A DNA stretch of 64,000 nt from Eledone cirrhosa (lineage: Eukaryota), in contig OZ024751.1 in assembly GCA_964016885.1 (NCBI GenBank), positions 434,001 to 498,000 on the forward strand. The letters are read 5' to 3'. Made by a program: the position numbers and the translations under genes. How positions within the stretch are numbered: position 1 is the stretch's first letter; each line of letters begins with the position of its first letter. Below the pieces are notes generated by a model. That model searched no databases and was not told where the DNA came from. It saw only the letters and a list, made by a program, of their open reading frames with translations. This document shows, one piece after another, positions 34,012 to 46,612 of the stretch.

Positions 34012-35515
34012 CTGCACTGACACACTGCCTTGCAATGCGGAACACCGCACGTCTCTGATCTTCCTCCTGATCAAACCTCCTACTCTCAGCCTCCCTGCGT
34101 GCTAAGTACACCTGACATCTAGCTTCTCTCTTAGCGGCTGTATATCCTTCTTTACTCCCACCATTTTTCCAAACATTCCATGCTAGTCTTTTGTCTCTAA
34201 TCACCCTATCTACTGTGCTGTTCCATCACCAGGTCACTCTTTGTGGTTGGAGCTCTGCTCCAGCCACAAGTTTCTTCAGTAGCCTGCTGTAAGTTGTCAT
34301 GTAAGAAATTCCAGCTATCATCTATGTCACACAACTCTAAATCGTTTTCTTTTTCATCATACACGTCTTGAAGGACTTTGCTAAATTTATATTTTAATGA
34401 AAGGTCTTTTAGCTTCCAGACCTTTCTTTTGCACACCTTCCTGTATGTCTCATTCTTTCTCATGCTTACTGCAATATCACTAATGACTAACCTATGCTGT
34501 GGGGTACATTCTTCCCCAGGGTATGTCTTGGTATTTGACACCATCTGGTTGTCCCGCTGCCTAACTCATAAGAAGTCAATCTGGCTTATGTGCTCGCCTG
34601 ATTTGTAGGTGATTAGGTGGTTGGCAGGTTTCTGGAAGTTAGTGTTGCAAATAGTCAGTATACGTGCATCACAAATTTCAAGAAGTCTTACTCCTTCTTC
34701 ATTTCTTGAGCCGTAACCGTGTCCACCATGTACCCCAGTGTAACCATCCTGGAGCTGTCCAACATGACCATTGAAGGCTCCTGCTAGCATAACGGTGTCT
34801 CTGTCTTCTGTCATTGAGGCTGTTTGTGCTCGTAAAAGCAGTCTTTTTCTTCTTTGCCTAGGCCTACTTGGGGAGCACAGGCAGAGATGATTGTCAGTAG
34901 TCTCTTGCCTACAACTAATCTAAGCTTAATTATTCTATTACTAACTCTAACTACCTCTATTGTCTTATAGATCCATCTCTCAGCCAGGAAAATGCCTGCT
35001 CCCCCTAACCCATCATCATTACCCACCCAGAAAAGCTTATAAGTAAGATGTTTGCTTGTGATTAGTCTTGCAGAGGCACCTCCCCATCTCACCTCTTGCA
35101 CGCAGCACACATCCACATGCCTTCTCTCCACCATCTCCACCTGTGAGAATGCCAACATTAAGTGTTGCAACTCTGAGATGCGACGTCTTCATATTCTTGT
35201 TCCTTTTCCTGTTCCTGTAGTGCGATTGCTTGATGACGGTTGGGGAGTTCTCCCACATGGCCTCACCTGCCACCCCACTACCGTACGCAGCCCTAACATG
35301 GTTAGTGTTATTACTGTTTACGCAGATATTGTTGTTGTGCGATTGCTTGATGACAGTCAGGTTTTTCTCGCACATGGCCGCACCAGCCACCCCACTACCG
35401 TGCGTAGCCCTAACCTAGTTAGTGTTATTGCTGTTGATGCAGTTGTTACAATTCCTGTTTGTTGTGTTCATAACTTTGGCATTTTTTATACTGGTTGGAT
35501 GCCCTTCCTAACACC
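34012..35515 (-). mobile_element. RTE LINE 5' half (5' UTR + APE endonuclease), decayed
   Basis: LRVATLNVG, DVCCVQEVRW, AG.FNGHVG, GHGYGSRNEEG, SQIDF; ~118-bp tandem duplication at 35219-35430. Confidence 0.9.
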
Positions 35516-35538
35516 ATATCTATATATATATATACACA

Positions 35539-35595
<57 letters not shown>

Positions 35596-35759
35596 CAAAA
35601 GAGGTGTGGTAAGGAACCGGATGGACCATAACGCACCAGAGTACTCAATACTTAGAGTAGTAGAGAGGGTAATAGGAAAATGTTTGACCCCGACGGCAGA
35701 GCTCAAGCCGTTTCCTATATATATATATATAGAATATATTAATAAAGGGAAACTATATT

Positions 35760-35858
35760 TATAAAACCATAATTATTTTATTATATATATTTCAAGGGCG
35801 ACCAAGCCAATCTTGGTGCGCTTTCATCAGATAAAATACAAAATTTGTTTTATAAATA
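35760..35858 (-). ncRNA. Type I hammerhead motif
   Basis: CTGATGA(35830-35824)-aagcgcaccaag/attgg/cttggtcgccctt-GAAA(35793-35790)-tatata-TA-ataaaata. Confidence 0.8.
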
Positions 35859-37729
35859 GTGACATAACCATGGAAAACAACGTTGATGGTTGAAAAAACA
35901 ACCGTTTATTTAAATTACGCTGTGGGAAGAAGAGAGAGAAAAAAAGTAGAGTTAATAAGATTACTTATATGTTTTTACTGTTTTACATTTGAAAAATATT
36001 GATAATCCCAGTTTTGTTTATTTATTAGTTATTATGAGATAATTTTGACAAAGAAATGTTTAAAGATATATTTAGCCAGAGTTAGTTATTGGTTATAACT
36101 CTAATATTAAATAATCAAAAAATTATAAATTATTAAAAGTATAAGAAAATATTAAAAACATTAAAATATTAAGATTATAAAATATTAAAAATTCTAGACA
36201 AAATTCTTGAAAATTCTTGGAAAAACTTTCAAAGAGATTTTTAAAAGATCTCAAAAAACCTCAGAAGATACTCAAAAACCTTTAAAAAACAATTAAAAAT
36301 GTGTTTAAAATTAATTAAAAACCTAAAATTATTCAGAAAATATAATTGAAAACCTAAAATTATTCAGAAAGTATAAAGAAATAATACTAAGAAATACTTA
36401 AAAATACTTTAAAATATTTTAAAATATTAGAAAATTACTAAAAAATATATAAAAAATATTAAGATAACCAAATAATCCTTAAAAAATAGTTTTTTGGGAA
36501 ATAAGTAATTTTTTTTTTTAAATTTAAGTAATTTTTCTAAAAAGTATTTGAGATATTTTAGAAGTAAGATAAAATAAAGATAAAAAATAAGGATAAAAAA
36601 TAAGGATAAAAATAAGATAAAAAATGAGATATTTATAAGTACAATAAAAGATTTAAGCAGAAAAGATATTTAAGAAGTAAAAATATTAAAAAGTAAAGAT
36701 TTAATAAGTAAATTATATATATTTAAGAAGTAAAAGATATTAAAATTAGAATTACATTAAATTTAAAAATTTAGAATTTATGAACATGTATGCATATAAT
36801 TTAAGAAATGAAATTATAGGCGTTTGGATAAAATAAACATTATGTAGAAAAAATTAAACGTGTAATTATATTTTATATATAGATCTAAAAGTTGAGTTTT
36901 GGCAATGTTTACAAGAACTAAATAAATTCTTACGTATATTAATGGAGTTCTTACATTTAAGTATGAAGAATATTTCCTCAACACACAATTTGCCAAATTT
37001 AGATAAAGCTGTGTTATTGTAAGTGGGTGCTTTTGAAATTACATTCCAAGTTAAGGAATAGTCTCTATTTTTGGATTTTAAGTTCCATATCAAGTTGGAT
37101 AGAGAAGTTTAAGATATTTTACCAATATTATTAAACAAACATTTCTGGTTATTGAAACGAGATTTAAAGTCTGTAGAAGTTGAGCCAACATAGTTAAACA
37201 TATCATTGGTTTTGACATTGCATTTATAGACCACATTTTTAACTAAACAGTTATTTGTTAAAGGACAGTTAGATTTAATTCTACAATTACATTTATCAGA
37301 GTTTATATTATTCAGAACAGTATTATTATATTGGATATTGCTAGAGGTATTAGTGCTATTCTGGTTAAGGTTTAGATTTCTATTATTGATTCTATTTATA
37401 TTTTGTGCTAGGTTCATAGTAGTAGAGTAAGATAGTTTAATTGTATGTCTGTTAAAGATTGAGTAGTATCTATGGGCCTTGGGAAAACATTTATCAAGAG
37501 CTTCAAAAAATAGTTTAGCTAAAGGTGTTTTAATGCTTAGTGAAAATGGAGGAGCATACCAGATTATGTTTCTAGTTCTAATTCTAGTTCTAATTCGTAA
37601 TTTAAATAAACGGTTGTTTTTTCAATTTTTCGGACATTCATTTGCATATTCACACATAACTTTGAATTACCCTTAATAAATGTTCACTATCAAGCGAATT
37701 TTCAAGGTTGTTTTCCATGGTTATGTCAC

Positions 37730-37830
37730 TATTTATAAAACGAATTTGGTATTTTATCTGATGAAAGTACACCAAGATTGGCTTGGTTGCCCTTGAAATA
37801 TATATAATAAAATAATTATGGTTTTCTAAA
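37730..37830 (+). ncRNA. Type I hammerhead motif
   Basis: tattttat-CTGATGA(37758-37764)-aagtacaccaagattggcttggttgccctt-GAAA(37795-37798)-tatata-TA-ataaaata. Confidence 0.8.
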
Positions 37831-37945
37831 TATAGTTTTCATTTATTAATATATTGAATATTTATTCCAATCTGTTGAGTGCTCTATATCAGTTATAAAC
37901 TTTTAAGTTTGTTGGAATCCCAACAAATTAAATATAACTTCCTTC

Positions 37946-37987
<42 letters not shown>

Positions 37988-38295
37988 TTGGAGCTCTGAA
38001 ATAGCAATATATATATGGATGTATATATAATGTATTTTGCAATACACTTTATGCTTAATTAAAAGCATTTTGAAGACCGTAAGCTATTGTTTTAAAGTAG
38101 TGACAAATTCACTTACTTTGATCTCAGCAAACAGGGGAGATAAGCCGACAAGTCTTGTTTCGCTTTGGTTGAAGCTTATCAAGGCCAACTACCCCTCCTG
38201 TCTACTGAGATCACTGATGTTATATTCTTATAGAAATCTAGTAAATAATCAGGGGCTGTTCATTGTTGTATGTATATATATATATATATATACAT

Positions 38296-38352
<57 letters not shown>

Positions 38353-38354
38353 TA

Positions 38355-40248
38355 TCATCATCCTCGTTTAACGTCCACTTTCCACGCTAGCATGGGTTAG
38401 ACGGGAGTTGTCCCACTTGAGGCAAGGTTGGTCGGGTGACCGTGTCTCGCTCATATAGGACTATCTGGCAGGTTTTCTACGGCTGGATGCCCTTCCTAAC
38501 ACCAACCACATTTACAGTGTGGAACTGGCAACTTTTCACCGTGCTACCTACACGGCCACATTACAGCGTGGACTGTGTGTTTTTTTCTCGTGACACCTAC
38601 ACGATCTCGATCTCAGTCTCATTTATCTCATTTATTTGGACTGGATGTTGTGGTACCAACTTTATAGAGAGGGGGTGGTGTTGGTGGGAGTGGGAGGATA
38701 AGGTAGGGGTAGTGGATTGGGGTGTATATTTGGTTAAGAGGTGCCTACTGACTGTAGGTTTTGCTTTGTACATAGGCAAGGCGGGTCTTCTGTATTACTG
38801 CGGAGCGCCAAAGATCTCGGTCCAGTGACATTGTCTTAGAGTGGTGCAAGTGTGTAAGGTCGGAATTTATCAGATCGTCCCAGGTTTTTCTGGGTCTACC
38901 TACTCCGTAACTACCATCAATTTTGATCAGCCTGCACTTTTTTTATACAGCTGTCGTCTTTCATGCGCATCACGTGGCCATACCAACGTAGTCTTCTCTC
39001 GAGTAAACAGTATCTGATCCCTCTTATTCCTAATTTCTCACTCAGTTCATTTATGCTTTGCTGTTGACGTATGTTACTATTACACATCCAACGGAACATG
39101 CATGCTTCGTTCCTTTCCAGTCTGCACAGGTCCTCTGCACACAATGCCCATGTCTCAGTCATGTAGCATTGCTGTTCGTATACAGGCATCATACAATCTG
39201 CCTTTCATTTTTAGATAGAAACCTTTAGTGGCCAACAGCGGTATAAGCTCTCTGAACTTTTTCCATCCCGTTCTTACTCTGGCTACTGTACTTTCAGAAC
39301 ACCCTCCACCACTGCTGATTTCGTCACCCAGGTAACGGAAAGTGTCTACTATTTCTATAGAACCATCTGGGCAATAGAAGGGGCTAGTATCCTGTGGACA
39401 CTGGCTACCTATTGCACCTGCGCATCGGCCACATATAAAGTCTACGTTCTTAGATAGTTTACCTGTGATCCCACTACATCTTTTATGTACCCATAGTTTG
39501 TATTTGGGACATAAAATGGAATTTCTGCCTACTCCTTTCCTACACACTGAGCAAGGCCATTTCCCTGAGGGTTCCTGTGCCTTATTTTCCTTTCTACAAA
39601 CTAGGACTTTAGTCTTAGACACGTTAACTTTAAGGCCATTTGATTCTAGGCCATGCTTCCATGTTTTGAATTTCTTTTCTAGTTCAGCCATTGATTCAAG
39701 CTATGAGCGTTAGATCATCTACGTATAGGAGTTCCCATGGGCAGCCGGTCTTGAACTCCTCTGTTATAGCCTGAAGGGCAATAATAAATAGGAGGGAGCT
39801 AAGGACAGAGCCTTGGTGAACACCAACTTTTACACTAAATTCTTCACAATATTTATTGTTAATTCTAACCTTATTGATTGTTTCATTATACATAGCTTGT
39901 ATAGCTCTCACAAGCCATTCATCTACACCTAGTTTTCTAAGAGCCCACCAGATAATGGAGCGATGGTCTCTGTCAAAGGCTTTCTCCAAGTCAACAAAAG
40001 CTAAGTAGAGGGGTTTACTTTTAGCTAGGTACTTCTCTTGTAGTTGTCGAACAAGGAAAAGAGCATCTGTGGTACTTTGACCTGACACAAACCCAAACTG
40101 CATTTCATCTAGATCAATTCGCTCTCTGATTAGTTGCGCTATAACTCTTTCTATGACCTTCATGACCTGGTCAATTAACTTAATGCCTCTATAGTTTCCT
40201 CTATCTAGAGCATCTCCTTTACCCTTGTAGCAGTTAATGATGATGCTG
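38355..40248 (-). mobile_element. 5'-truncated RTE LINE
   Basis: ORFs 39696-40349, 39155-39691 and 38917-39192 are consecutive frameshifted pieces of RT, PHD-like finger and C-terminus. Confidence 0.95.
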
Positions 40249-40333
40249 CTATATATAAATATATATACATATAAGGGATAAACAAATTTTGTTATAGGTA
40301 ATCCATATATATATAAATATATATATATATATT

Positions 40334-40712
40334 TACGATATATTAACAAATGGAAACTATATTTATAAAACCATATTTATTTCATTATACATATTTCAAG
40401 GACACCAAGTTAAATTATGGTGTGCTTTCATCAGATAAAATATAATATAGATCAGTTTTATAAATAAATATTGACATACTCTTAAAATATTTATTTATAA
40501 AACTGATCTATATTATATTTTATCTGATGAAAGCACCCCATAATTTAACTTGGTGTTCTTGAAATATGTATAATGAAATAAATATGGTTTTATAAATATA
40601 GTTTCCCTTTGTTAATATATCGTATTTTTACTCCAATAATTTGTTGAGTGCTTTATATCAGTTATAAAAATATTTGCTTGTTGTATCCCAACAATTTAAA
40701 TAGAACTTCTAC
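40334..40712. mobile_element. Miniature fold-back PLE: two divergent HHR-containing pLTR ends, no ORF
   Basis: ~139-bp arms, 13-nt spacer 40473-40485; HHR cores at 40434-40394 (-) and 40524-40564 (+); ~90-nt unpaired tail. Confidence 0.82.
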
Positions 40713-40784
40713 ATATATATATATTTATATATATATATGGATTACCTATAACAAAATTTGTTTATCCCTTATATGTATATATAT

Positions 40785-41018
40785 ATATTTATTAAAATAA
40801 CAGATTAAAGTTTAAGCAAAAAATCGCTGCTTTCACCCTTAACGGGATCTTCCGAAACTGAGTTTCAGAAGATCCCGTTAAGGGTGAAAGCAGCGATTCT
40901 TTGCTTAAACTTTAATCTGTTATTTTAATAAATATTTGCTCTACGGTTCTTATATATTTGATATATATTTATCCTTATCGAGCCCTCTTTGGATTTTAGT
41001 CTTCAAATTTATTATTAT

Positions 41019-41031
<13 letters not shown>
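40785..41031. repeat. Fold-back element, 75-bp arms around 40860, plus tail; degenerate HHR-like core in the arms
   Basis: Near-perfect palindrome 40785-40935; C(A/G)GAAGA-tccc/gttaa/gggt-GAAA. Confidence 0.7.
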
Positions 41032-41065
<34 letters not shown>

Positions 41066-41164
41066 AGTATATATATACTGTTGAGTGCTCTAATTCAGTT
41101 ATAAACATTTATATATTTTATATTTGTTGGATTTCCAACTAATTGAATACCCCTTCCACTTTTT

Positions 41165-41199
<35 letters not shown>

Positions 41200-41202
<3 letters not shown>

Positions 41203-41569
41203 AAAGAATAGAGGTGTAACACACAAGTTATTATATATTGGTAAACGGAATAGAAAATGCTGACAAATTGTTCACAGTTGAAAAATGGTTTAATTAGGAA
41301 TAAAAGAGTATTAGTGATTGTATGGGTTAGTATTCAGTTGTGGTTTTAAGTTTTTAAGTTTTTACCGGTTGCGCAGATCAGAGCAAACAGCACGGACACT
41401 CTATCTCAAAATTATTTTTGAAAAGCATTTAGAAATGCGCAACAGGTAAAAACTTAAAAACTTAAAACCACAACTGAATACTAACCCATACAATCACTAA
41501 TACTCTTTTATTCCTAATTAAACCATTTTTCAACTGTGAACAATTTGTCAGCATTTTCTATTCCGTTTA

Positions 41570-41579
<10 letters not shown>
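41200..41579. repeat. Fold-back element, ~144-bp arms, 60-nt spacer, ~33-nt one-sided tail
   Basis: 41232-41375 is the near-exact reverse complement of 41436-41579; (TA)n flanks. Confidence 0.85.
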
Positions 41580-41614
<35 letters not shown>

Positions 41615-41992
41615 CTATGTGTATGTATGTTTGTATGTATATACTTAACTGTGTATATGTTTGTACTGATTTATCTTGGCCAGTCGATGTAACTGCTTAT
41701 TTTAGTATATACGTATGGTCGAGTGTGTATATGTTTGTTTATTTATCTTTAAATCTTTACTTATTTTTGTATTTGTGTGTGTATATATATGCATGTATGT
41801 TTGTATATATATATATATATATAGTGTTTGTGTATTTATGTGTATGTGTATGTTTATATATATACATATGTATATATGTGTGTGTGTTTATATACTTATA
41901 TATTTATAATCTTTTTTTCTTCTTCCCTGAGCCTCACTTTCATATTTCTTATATTTTTGTTTTCAAATCCACATTCAATAAAAACACCAGGA

Positions 41993-42056
41993 TTTTTTCA
42001 ATCTGACGACTGAAAGCAGATTCGTTTGCTTTCAAGAAACCACTGGTAAATGAAAT
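41993..42056 (+). ncRNA. Type I hammerhead motif, separate family
   Basis: tttcaat-CTGACGA(42003-42009)-c-tgaaagcaga/ttcg/tttgctttca-a-GAAA(42036-42039)-cc/act/gg-TA-aatgaaa. Confidence 0.7.
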
Positions 42057-42104
42057 AATTATCTTATGTTGTTTATTACATAACTAATATATATATATAT
42101 ACAT

Positions 42105-42359
42105 ATTTGTTATCTTTAACTTTAAATATTAAATTTATAAAATTAAGAAAAATAACAGACCTATATTGGGCAAAAATACCTGGTAACAATTGCCCAATAT
42201 AGGTCTGTTAGTTTTCTTTATTTTTCTTAATTTAATATTTAAAGTTAAAGATAACAAACTATATTGCTGTAGTTAGTATTTTTTCACCCCACCAAATTTT
42301 AGTCCTTACGATTCGAACACATGTATGTTTATATTAGCGTTCATCTCTCTTGTTTATTC

Positions 42360-42362
<3 letters not shown>
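42105..42362. repeat. Fold-back element (arms 42105-42173 / 42190-42258) with ~100-nt tail
   Basis: TTTGTTATCTTTAACTTTAAATATTAAATT..TAACAGACCTATATTGGGCAA and its reverse complement. Confidence 0.75.
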
Positions 42363-42420
<58 letters not shown>

Positions 42421-42439
42421 ATTAAATAAATGGAAACTA

Positions 42440-42545
42440 TATTTATAAAACCATATTTATTTCATTATATATATTTCAGGGATATCATATTAACAATATG
42501 CTATGCCTTCCTCAGACAAAATACAATATAAACAGTTTTATAGAT
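42440..42545 (-). ncRNA. Hammerhead motif in the inverted pLTR
   Basis: Reverse complement of the 44163 motif; CTGAGGA at 42515-42509, GAAA at 42477-42474. Confidence 0.8.
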
Positions 42546-44134
42546 AAATAGATTTGACATACCGTAACAACATCGACTTGTATTTGAAAAAGTTGAATTG
42601 GCAGTGAAAAAATTGTACACAGAGAGAAAGAAAGAGAGAAAAAAGGAAAGAAAGACAGAAAACGAAGAAAAAGAAGAAAAAGAAGAAATGCATGGAACAA
42701 AATAGAGAGATGGAAAGATAGATAAAGAGAAGAACTTCATGTAAAGAAACAGAGAGAGAGATATATATATAGAGAGAGAGGAAATAGATATATATATATA
42801 TATATATAGAAAACTAGGTAGCGGGACGTCCGTTGAGTAAACGTATCAATGATACATTTATTTATTTATTTATTTATTTAGCTCTAGTATTAATGTAAGG
42901 GAGATATATGGAGAGAAACCAGCTGTTATATATAGAGAAAAAATAACCAGACATAGGCGAGGCGTAAAAACCCTATGTTTTAATGTAGAGGTATTAGTAT
43001 GTATAAAAACCAGCCACTATATTGTAAATATCAGTATTCCTGAATGAGACATGTATCCATAATGTGTGAAAAGTAATGATCTTATGTTTAGTTTTTTTTA
43101 AAAATTCATATGTTTATGTGATAACTACAAACATCTATGTGAATTTACATGATCAACTCTGCAAACCCTAAGTTCACGGAAAACATTCTCATTGTGGTAT
43201 AAAAATTTAAGTATACATATATGTGTATATATATACACACAAATATATATAGAGTCAATATTACTACTATTCCTGTCTTTACTCTACAAGATTATCTATC
43301 AAGCAGAAATAGAGAGCAGATTTCAATATACTAATAAAAATATATATCAGAAACAAAACTAAAAAATAACAATAATAATAATAAGTAATAATAAAATAGA
43401 AAACTAAAAAATATTACGAAAGAATATTACATATTAAAAATATTACATATTAAAAATATTAAAAATAAAAATATTAGAAAATACTACAATAATAAAAATA
43501 AAAATAAACCACAAAGATCAACCCTTCAAAATTAATTGACAATATATTGCCAAGTTCATTATAAGCATCAGAGTCGAAAAACAGATAAAGCCAAAAATTA
43601 TCTATCAAATCGCATCTAGCAAAGATCATTTCAAAAAGTTTAGGATGCCCATTTGGTCTACATGTGTTCTTATATTTAATATAGAAGTTTATCTAGTGTA
43701 ACGTTTATTCGAAATATTTGGAGCATCAACTTTTAGGGTAGCTTAATTTTTCATGAAGAATGTTTAAATAAAAATAAAAATAAAAATAAAAAGAATAAAA
43801 AAGAATAAAAAGAAGAAATCAAAGATTTATCGGCTAGTTTCCCATATAATTATAAATCAAACTAAATATACTACATTTTAAATTTAAATTTATATTTAAA
43901 CGTTGAGTTTAATCTATGTTTGCAGCAACTGAATAAATTTGTCCGTAGATTAAGGGAATTTTTAGATTTTAGTATAAAGAATATCTCCTCTGCGCAGAGG
44001 TCACATGTCTCAGAGGATGAATTAAAAGGAATCCCTCTTGAGACTATATTCCAAGCCGTCGAATATCTAACGTTATCTAGCTTAAGTTGCCAGAGTACAA
44101 GTCGATGTTGTTACGGTATGTCAAATCTATTTAT

Positions 44135-44240
44135 CTATAAAACTGTTTATATTGTATTTTGTCTGAGGAAGGCATAGCATATTGTTAATATGATATCCCT
44201 GAAATATATATAATGAAATAAATATGGTTTTATAAATATA
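44135..44240 (+). ncRNA. Type I hammerhead in the 5' pLTR, predicted cleavage after 44212
   Basis: tattttgt-CTGAGGA(44163-44169)-aggcatagcatatt/gtt/aatatgatatccct-GAAA(44201-44204)-t/atat/a-TA-atgaaata; distal stem I tataaaac/gttttata. Confidence 0.83.
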
Positions 44241-44398
44241 GTTTCCATTTATTTAATATTGTAAATATACTCCAAATACTTGTCGAGTGCTTTTATATCA
44301 GTTATAAATATTTACTAGTTGTAACCCAACAATTTAAATATAACTTTCCATGTATCTTGCTCCAATACTGTTGAGCGCTTTATATTATAACTGGAAAA

Positions 44399-46612
44399 AT
44401 GGAATTCTTTAAGATTACTTCCTCTTTAAAAGACATACCTCTACCTAGAAACAAAGACTTTATAAAACAATTAATAGATAAATCTGACTCTTTTATAAGG
44501 AGAATCAGGTGGCGAGCATTCCACTTTGATAAATCTAATATAAATGAAAATGTCCCGGACTTAAACAAAGTTTTCAAATCTAAAAGAAATCCACCCCCTA
44601 ACAAACTTTTATCTGACTTTGAAAACGATATAATTTCTATCATACAAGGGGTCAAATTCAAGAGAAACTTCAAAGGCCAGGAATATCTGAAAGGCATTAA
44701 GGATAACATTGAGAGCTTAGTGAAAACTGAGAAGATCTTGGTGAAATCTGACAAGACCAACAACCTCTATGGAGTGCAGAAAGACATGTATAATGGCCTC
44801 ATACTGAAGGAGCTGAGGAAAAAGTACAAGGTAGCAGATAAGGCCGAGCTTGAGAAAATGAATGTCGAAGCATCTTGTATAATGCACGAGTTGGAAATTG
44901 AGAACAGAACACAACCTTTCGTGCCCAGGAAACCGAAGATCAATATGAAAGATCACAAGAGGAATTTTGAAAATGACTTGCCAGTTAGATTGATCGCACC
45001 ATCAAAATCGGACCTGGGCAAATTAAGCAAAAACATTATTGACAGGGTGATACAGAAAATTAAGAACTTGGATTGTTTATCTAACCTGAGCTTGTGGAAG
45101 GGAACTGGAGAGGTTGTTGAGTGGTTTAAGCAAATTAAATATAACAATAATAATAAGTTTATTCAACTTGATATAGCTAACTATTATTCTTCTATTACCC
45201 CTAATCTACTAAATAAGGCACTAAATTACGCATTCAAACATACTGACCTAACTAGCAATGAAATGCATATTATATTATCGGTTAGGAAAACTTTGATAGA
45301 ATTTAATGACCAACTATGGACCAGAGCAGATAGAGATAGCAATTTTGACATTACTATGGGATCATCCGACTCAGCTCAGGTAACTGACCTTGTGGGCTTA
45401 TTTTTAATCAATTCGCTACATAGGAAAATACCTGGTACTACCGGAGGTTTATATAGAGATGACATGCTTTTACTTATTGATAATAATAACTCTGAACTAA
45501 ATAGAAAATGTAAACAAATTACACAATTTTTTAATTACTTTAATCTTAAAATAGAAATTGAGAGCAACCATAGAATAGTCAATTTCCTAGATATAACATT
45601 AAATCTCAACACATGTCTTCACTATCCTTTTCACAAGTTGAATGAAAACTTAAACTATGTCAACTTTAACTCTAACCACCCCAGATCTGTCAAAAACACT
45701 ATAGTAAACTCTGTTCAAAAACGTATCTCTAGGATCTCGTCGAATAGAAAGATTTTCGACGAAAAAGCCCAATACTACAATGAAGCATTAGCTAGAGCAG
45801 GATATGCTGATAAGATTGTGTACATAGATAATGATAGACAAACTAAACAAAATAACAACTATTTTAATTACGGCAACAACCTTAACAACTATAATAGAAA
45901 GCATTACAATAATTCCAAAGGTCAAAAAAGAAATAGAACTAGGAACATAATTTGGTTTGCCCCCCCTTTCTCACTAAACATTAAAACCCACATCGCTAAA
46001 CTATTTTTTAAAGCTCTTGATAATCGCTTCCCTAGAACACATAGGTATCACTCAATTTTCAATAGACATACAATAAAATTAACCTACTCATCCACCAAAA
46101 ATTTAGCACAAAATATTAATAGAATAAATAATAGGAACTTAAAACCTAGTGATAATAGCATAAATAATATACAAGTTAACAAATGTAACTGTAGAGATAG
46201 ATCTAAATGTCCGTTAAATAACAACTGCTTAGTTAAAAATATAGTATACAATTGTAATGTTAATACTGACTCTAATTCTTTTAACTACGTCGGTTCCACA
46301 TCGACGGAATTTAAACTTCGCTATAAAAACCACAAGAATTCTTTCACAGATCCAAGTAAAAAGTCTTCAACGGCACTATCAGGCGTACTATGGCAACTTA
46401 AGCTAGATAACGTTAGATATTCGACGGCTTGGAATATAGTCTCAAGAGGGATTCCTTTTAATTCATCCTCTGAGACATGTGACCTCTGCGCAGAGGAGAT
46501 ATTCTTTATACTAAAATCTAAAAATTCCCTTAATCTACGGACAAATTTATTCAGTTGCTGCAAACATAGATTAAACTCAACGTTTAAATATAAATTTAAA
46601 TTTAAAATGTAG
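44399..46612 (+). CDS. PLE reverse transcriptase + C-terminal GIY-YIG endonuclease, 737 aa, uninterrupted
   Basis: SDKT (DKG variant), FIQLDIANYYSSI, ITMGSSDSAQVTDL, GLYRDD, VNFLDITL; IIWFAPPFS; CNC..CPL..C; NIVY..NYVGSTS..FKLRY.NH; CDLCAEE..N.R. Confidence 0.95.
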   Translation: MEFFKITSSLKDIPLPRNKDFIKQLIDKSDSFIRRIRWRAFHFDKSNINENVPDLNKVFKSKRNPPPNKLLSDFENDIISIIQGVKFKRNFKGQEYLKGIKDNIESLVKTEKILVKSDKTNNLYGVQKDMYNGLILKELRKKYKVADKAELEKMNVEASCIMHELEIENRTQPFVPRKPKINMKDHKRNFENDLPVRLIAPSKSDLGKLSKNIIDRVIQKIKNLDCLSNLSLWKGTGEVVEWFKQIKYNNNNKFIQLDIANYYSSITPNLLNKALNYAFKHTDLTSNEMHIILSVRKTLIEFNDQLWTRADRDSNFDITMGSSDSAQVTDLVGLFLINSLHRKIPGTTGGLYRDDMLLLIDNNNSELNRKCKQITQFFNYFNLKIEIESNHRIVNFLDITLNLNTCLHYPFHKLNENLNYVNFNSNHPRSVKNTIVNSVQKRISRISSNRKIFDEKAQYYNEALARAGYADKIVYIDNDRQTKQNNNYFNYGNNLNNYNRKHYNNSKGQKRNRTRNIIWFAPPFSLNIKTHIAKLFFKALDNRFPRTHRYHSIFNRHTIKLTYSSTKNLAQNINRINNRNLKPSDNSINNIQVNKCNCRDRSKCPLNNNCLVKNIVYNCNVNTDSNSFNYVGSTSTEFKLRYKNHKNSFTDPSKKSSTALSGVLWQLKLDNVRYSTAWNIVSRGIPFNSSSETCDLCAEEIFFILKSKNSLNLRTNLFSCCKHRLNSTFKYKFKFKM

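Larger units (their letters stand above)
35733..37948. mobile_element. Older PLE of the same clade as 44399-46612: inverted arm with ORF C-terminus (-) plus short direct pLTR (+, 37596-37948)
   Basis: Minus-strand remnants NIIWYAPPFS, CNCRIKSNCPL..NC..KNVVYKC..NYVGSTSTDFKSRF; HHR in each arm; (TA)n flanks. Confidence 0.88.
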
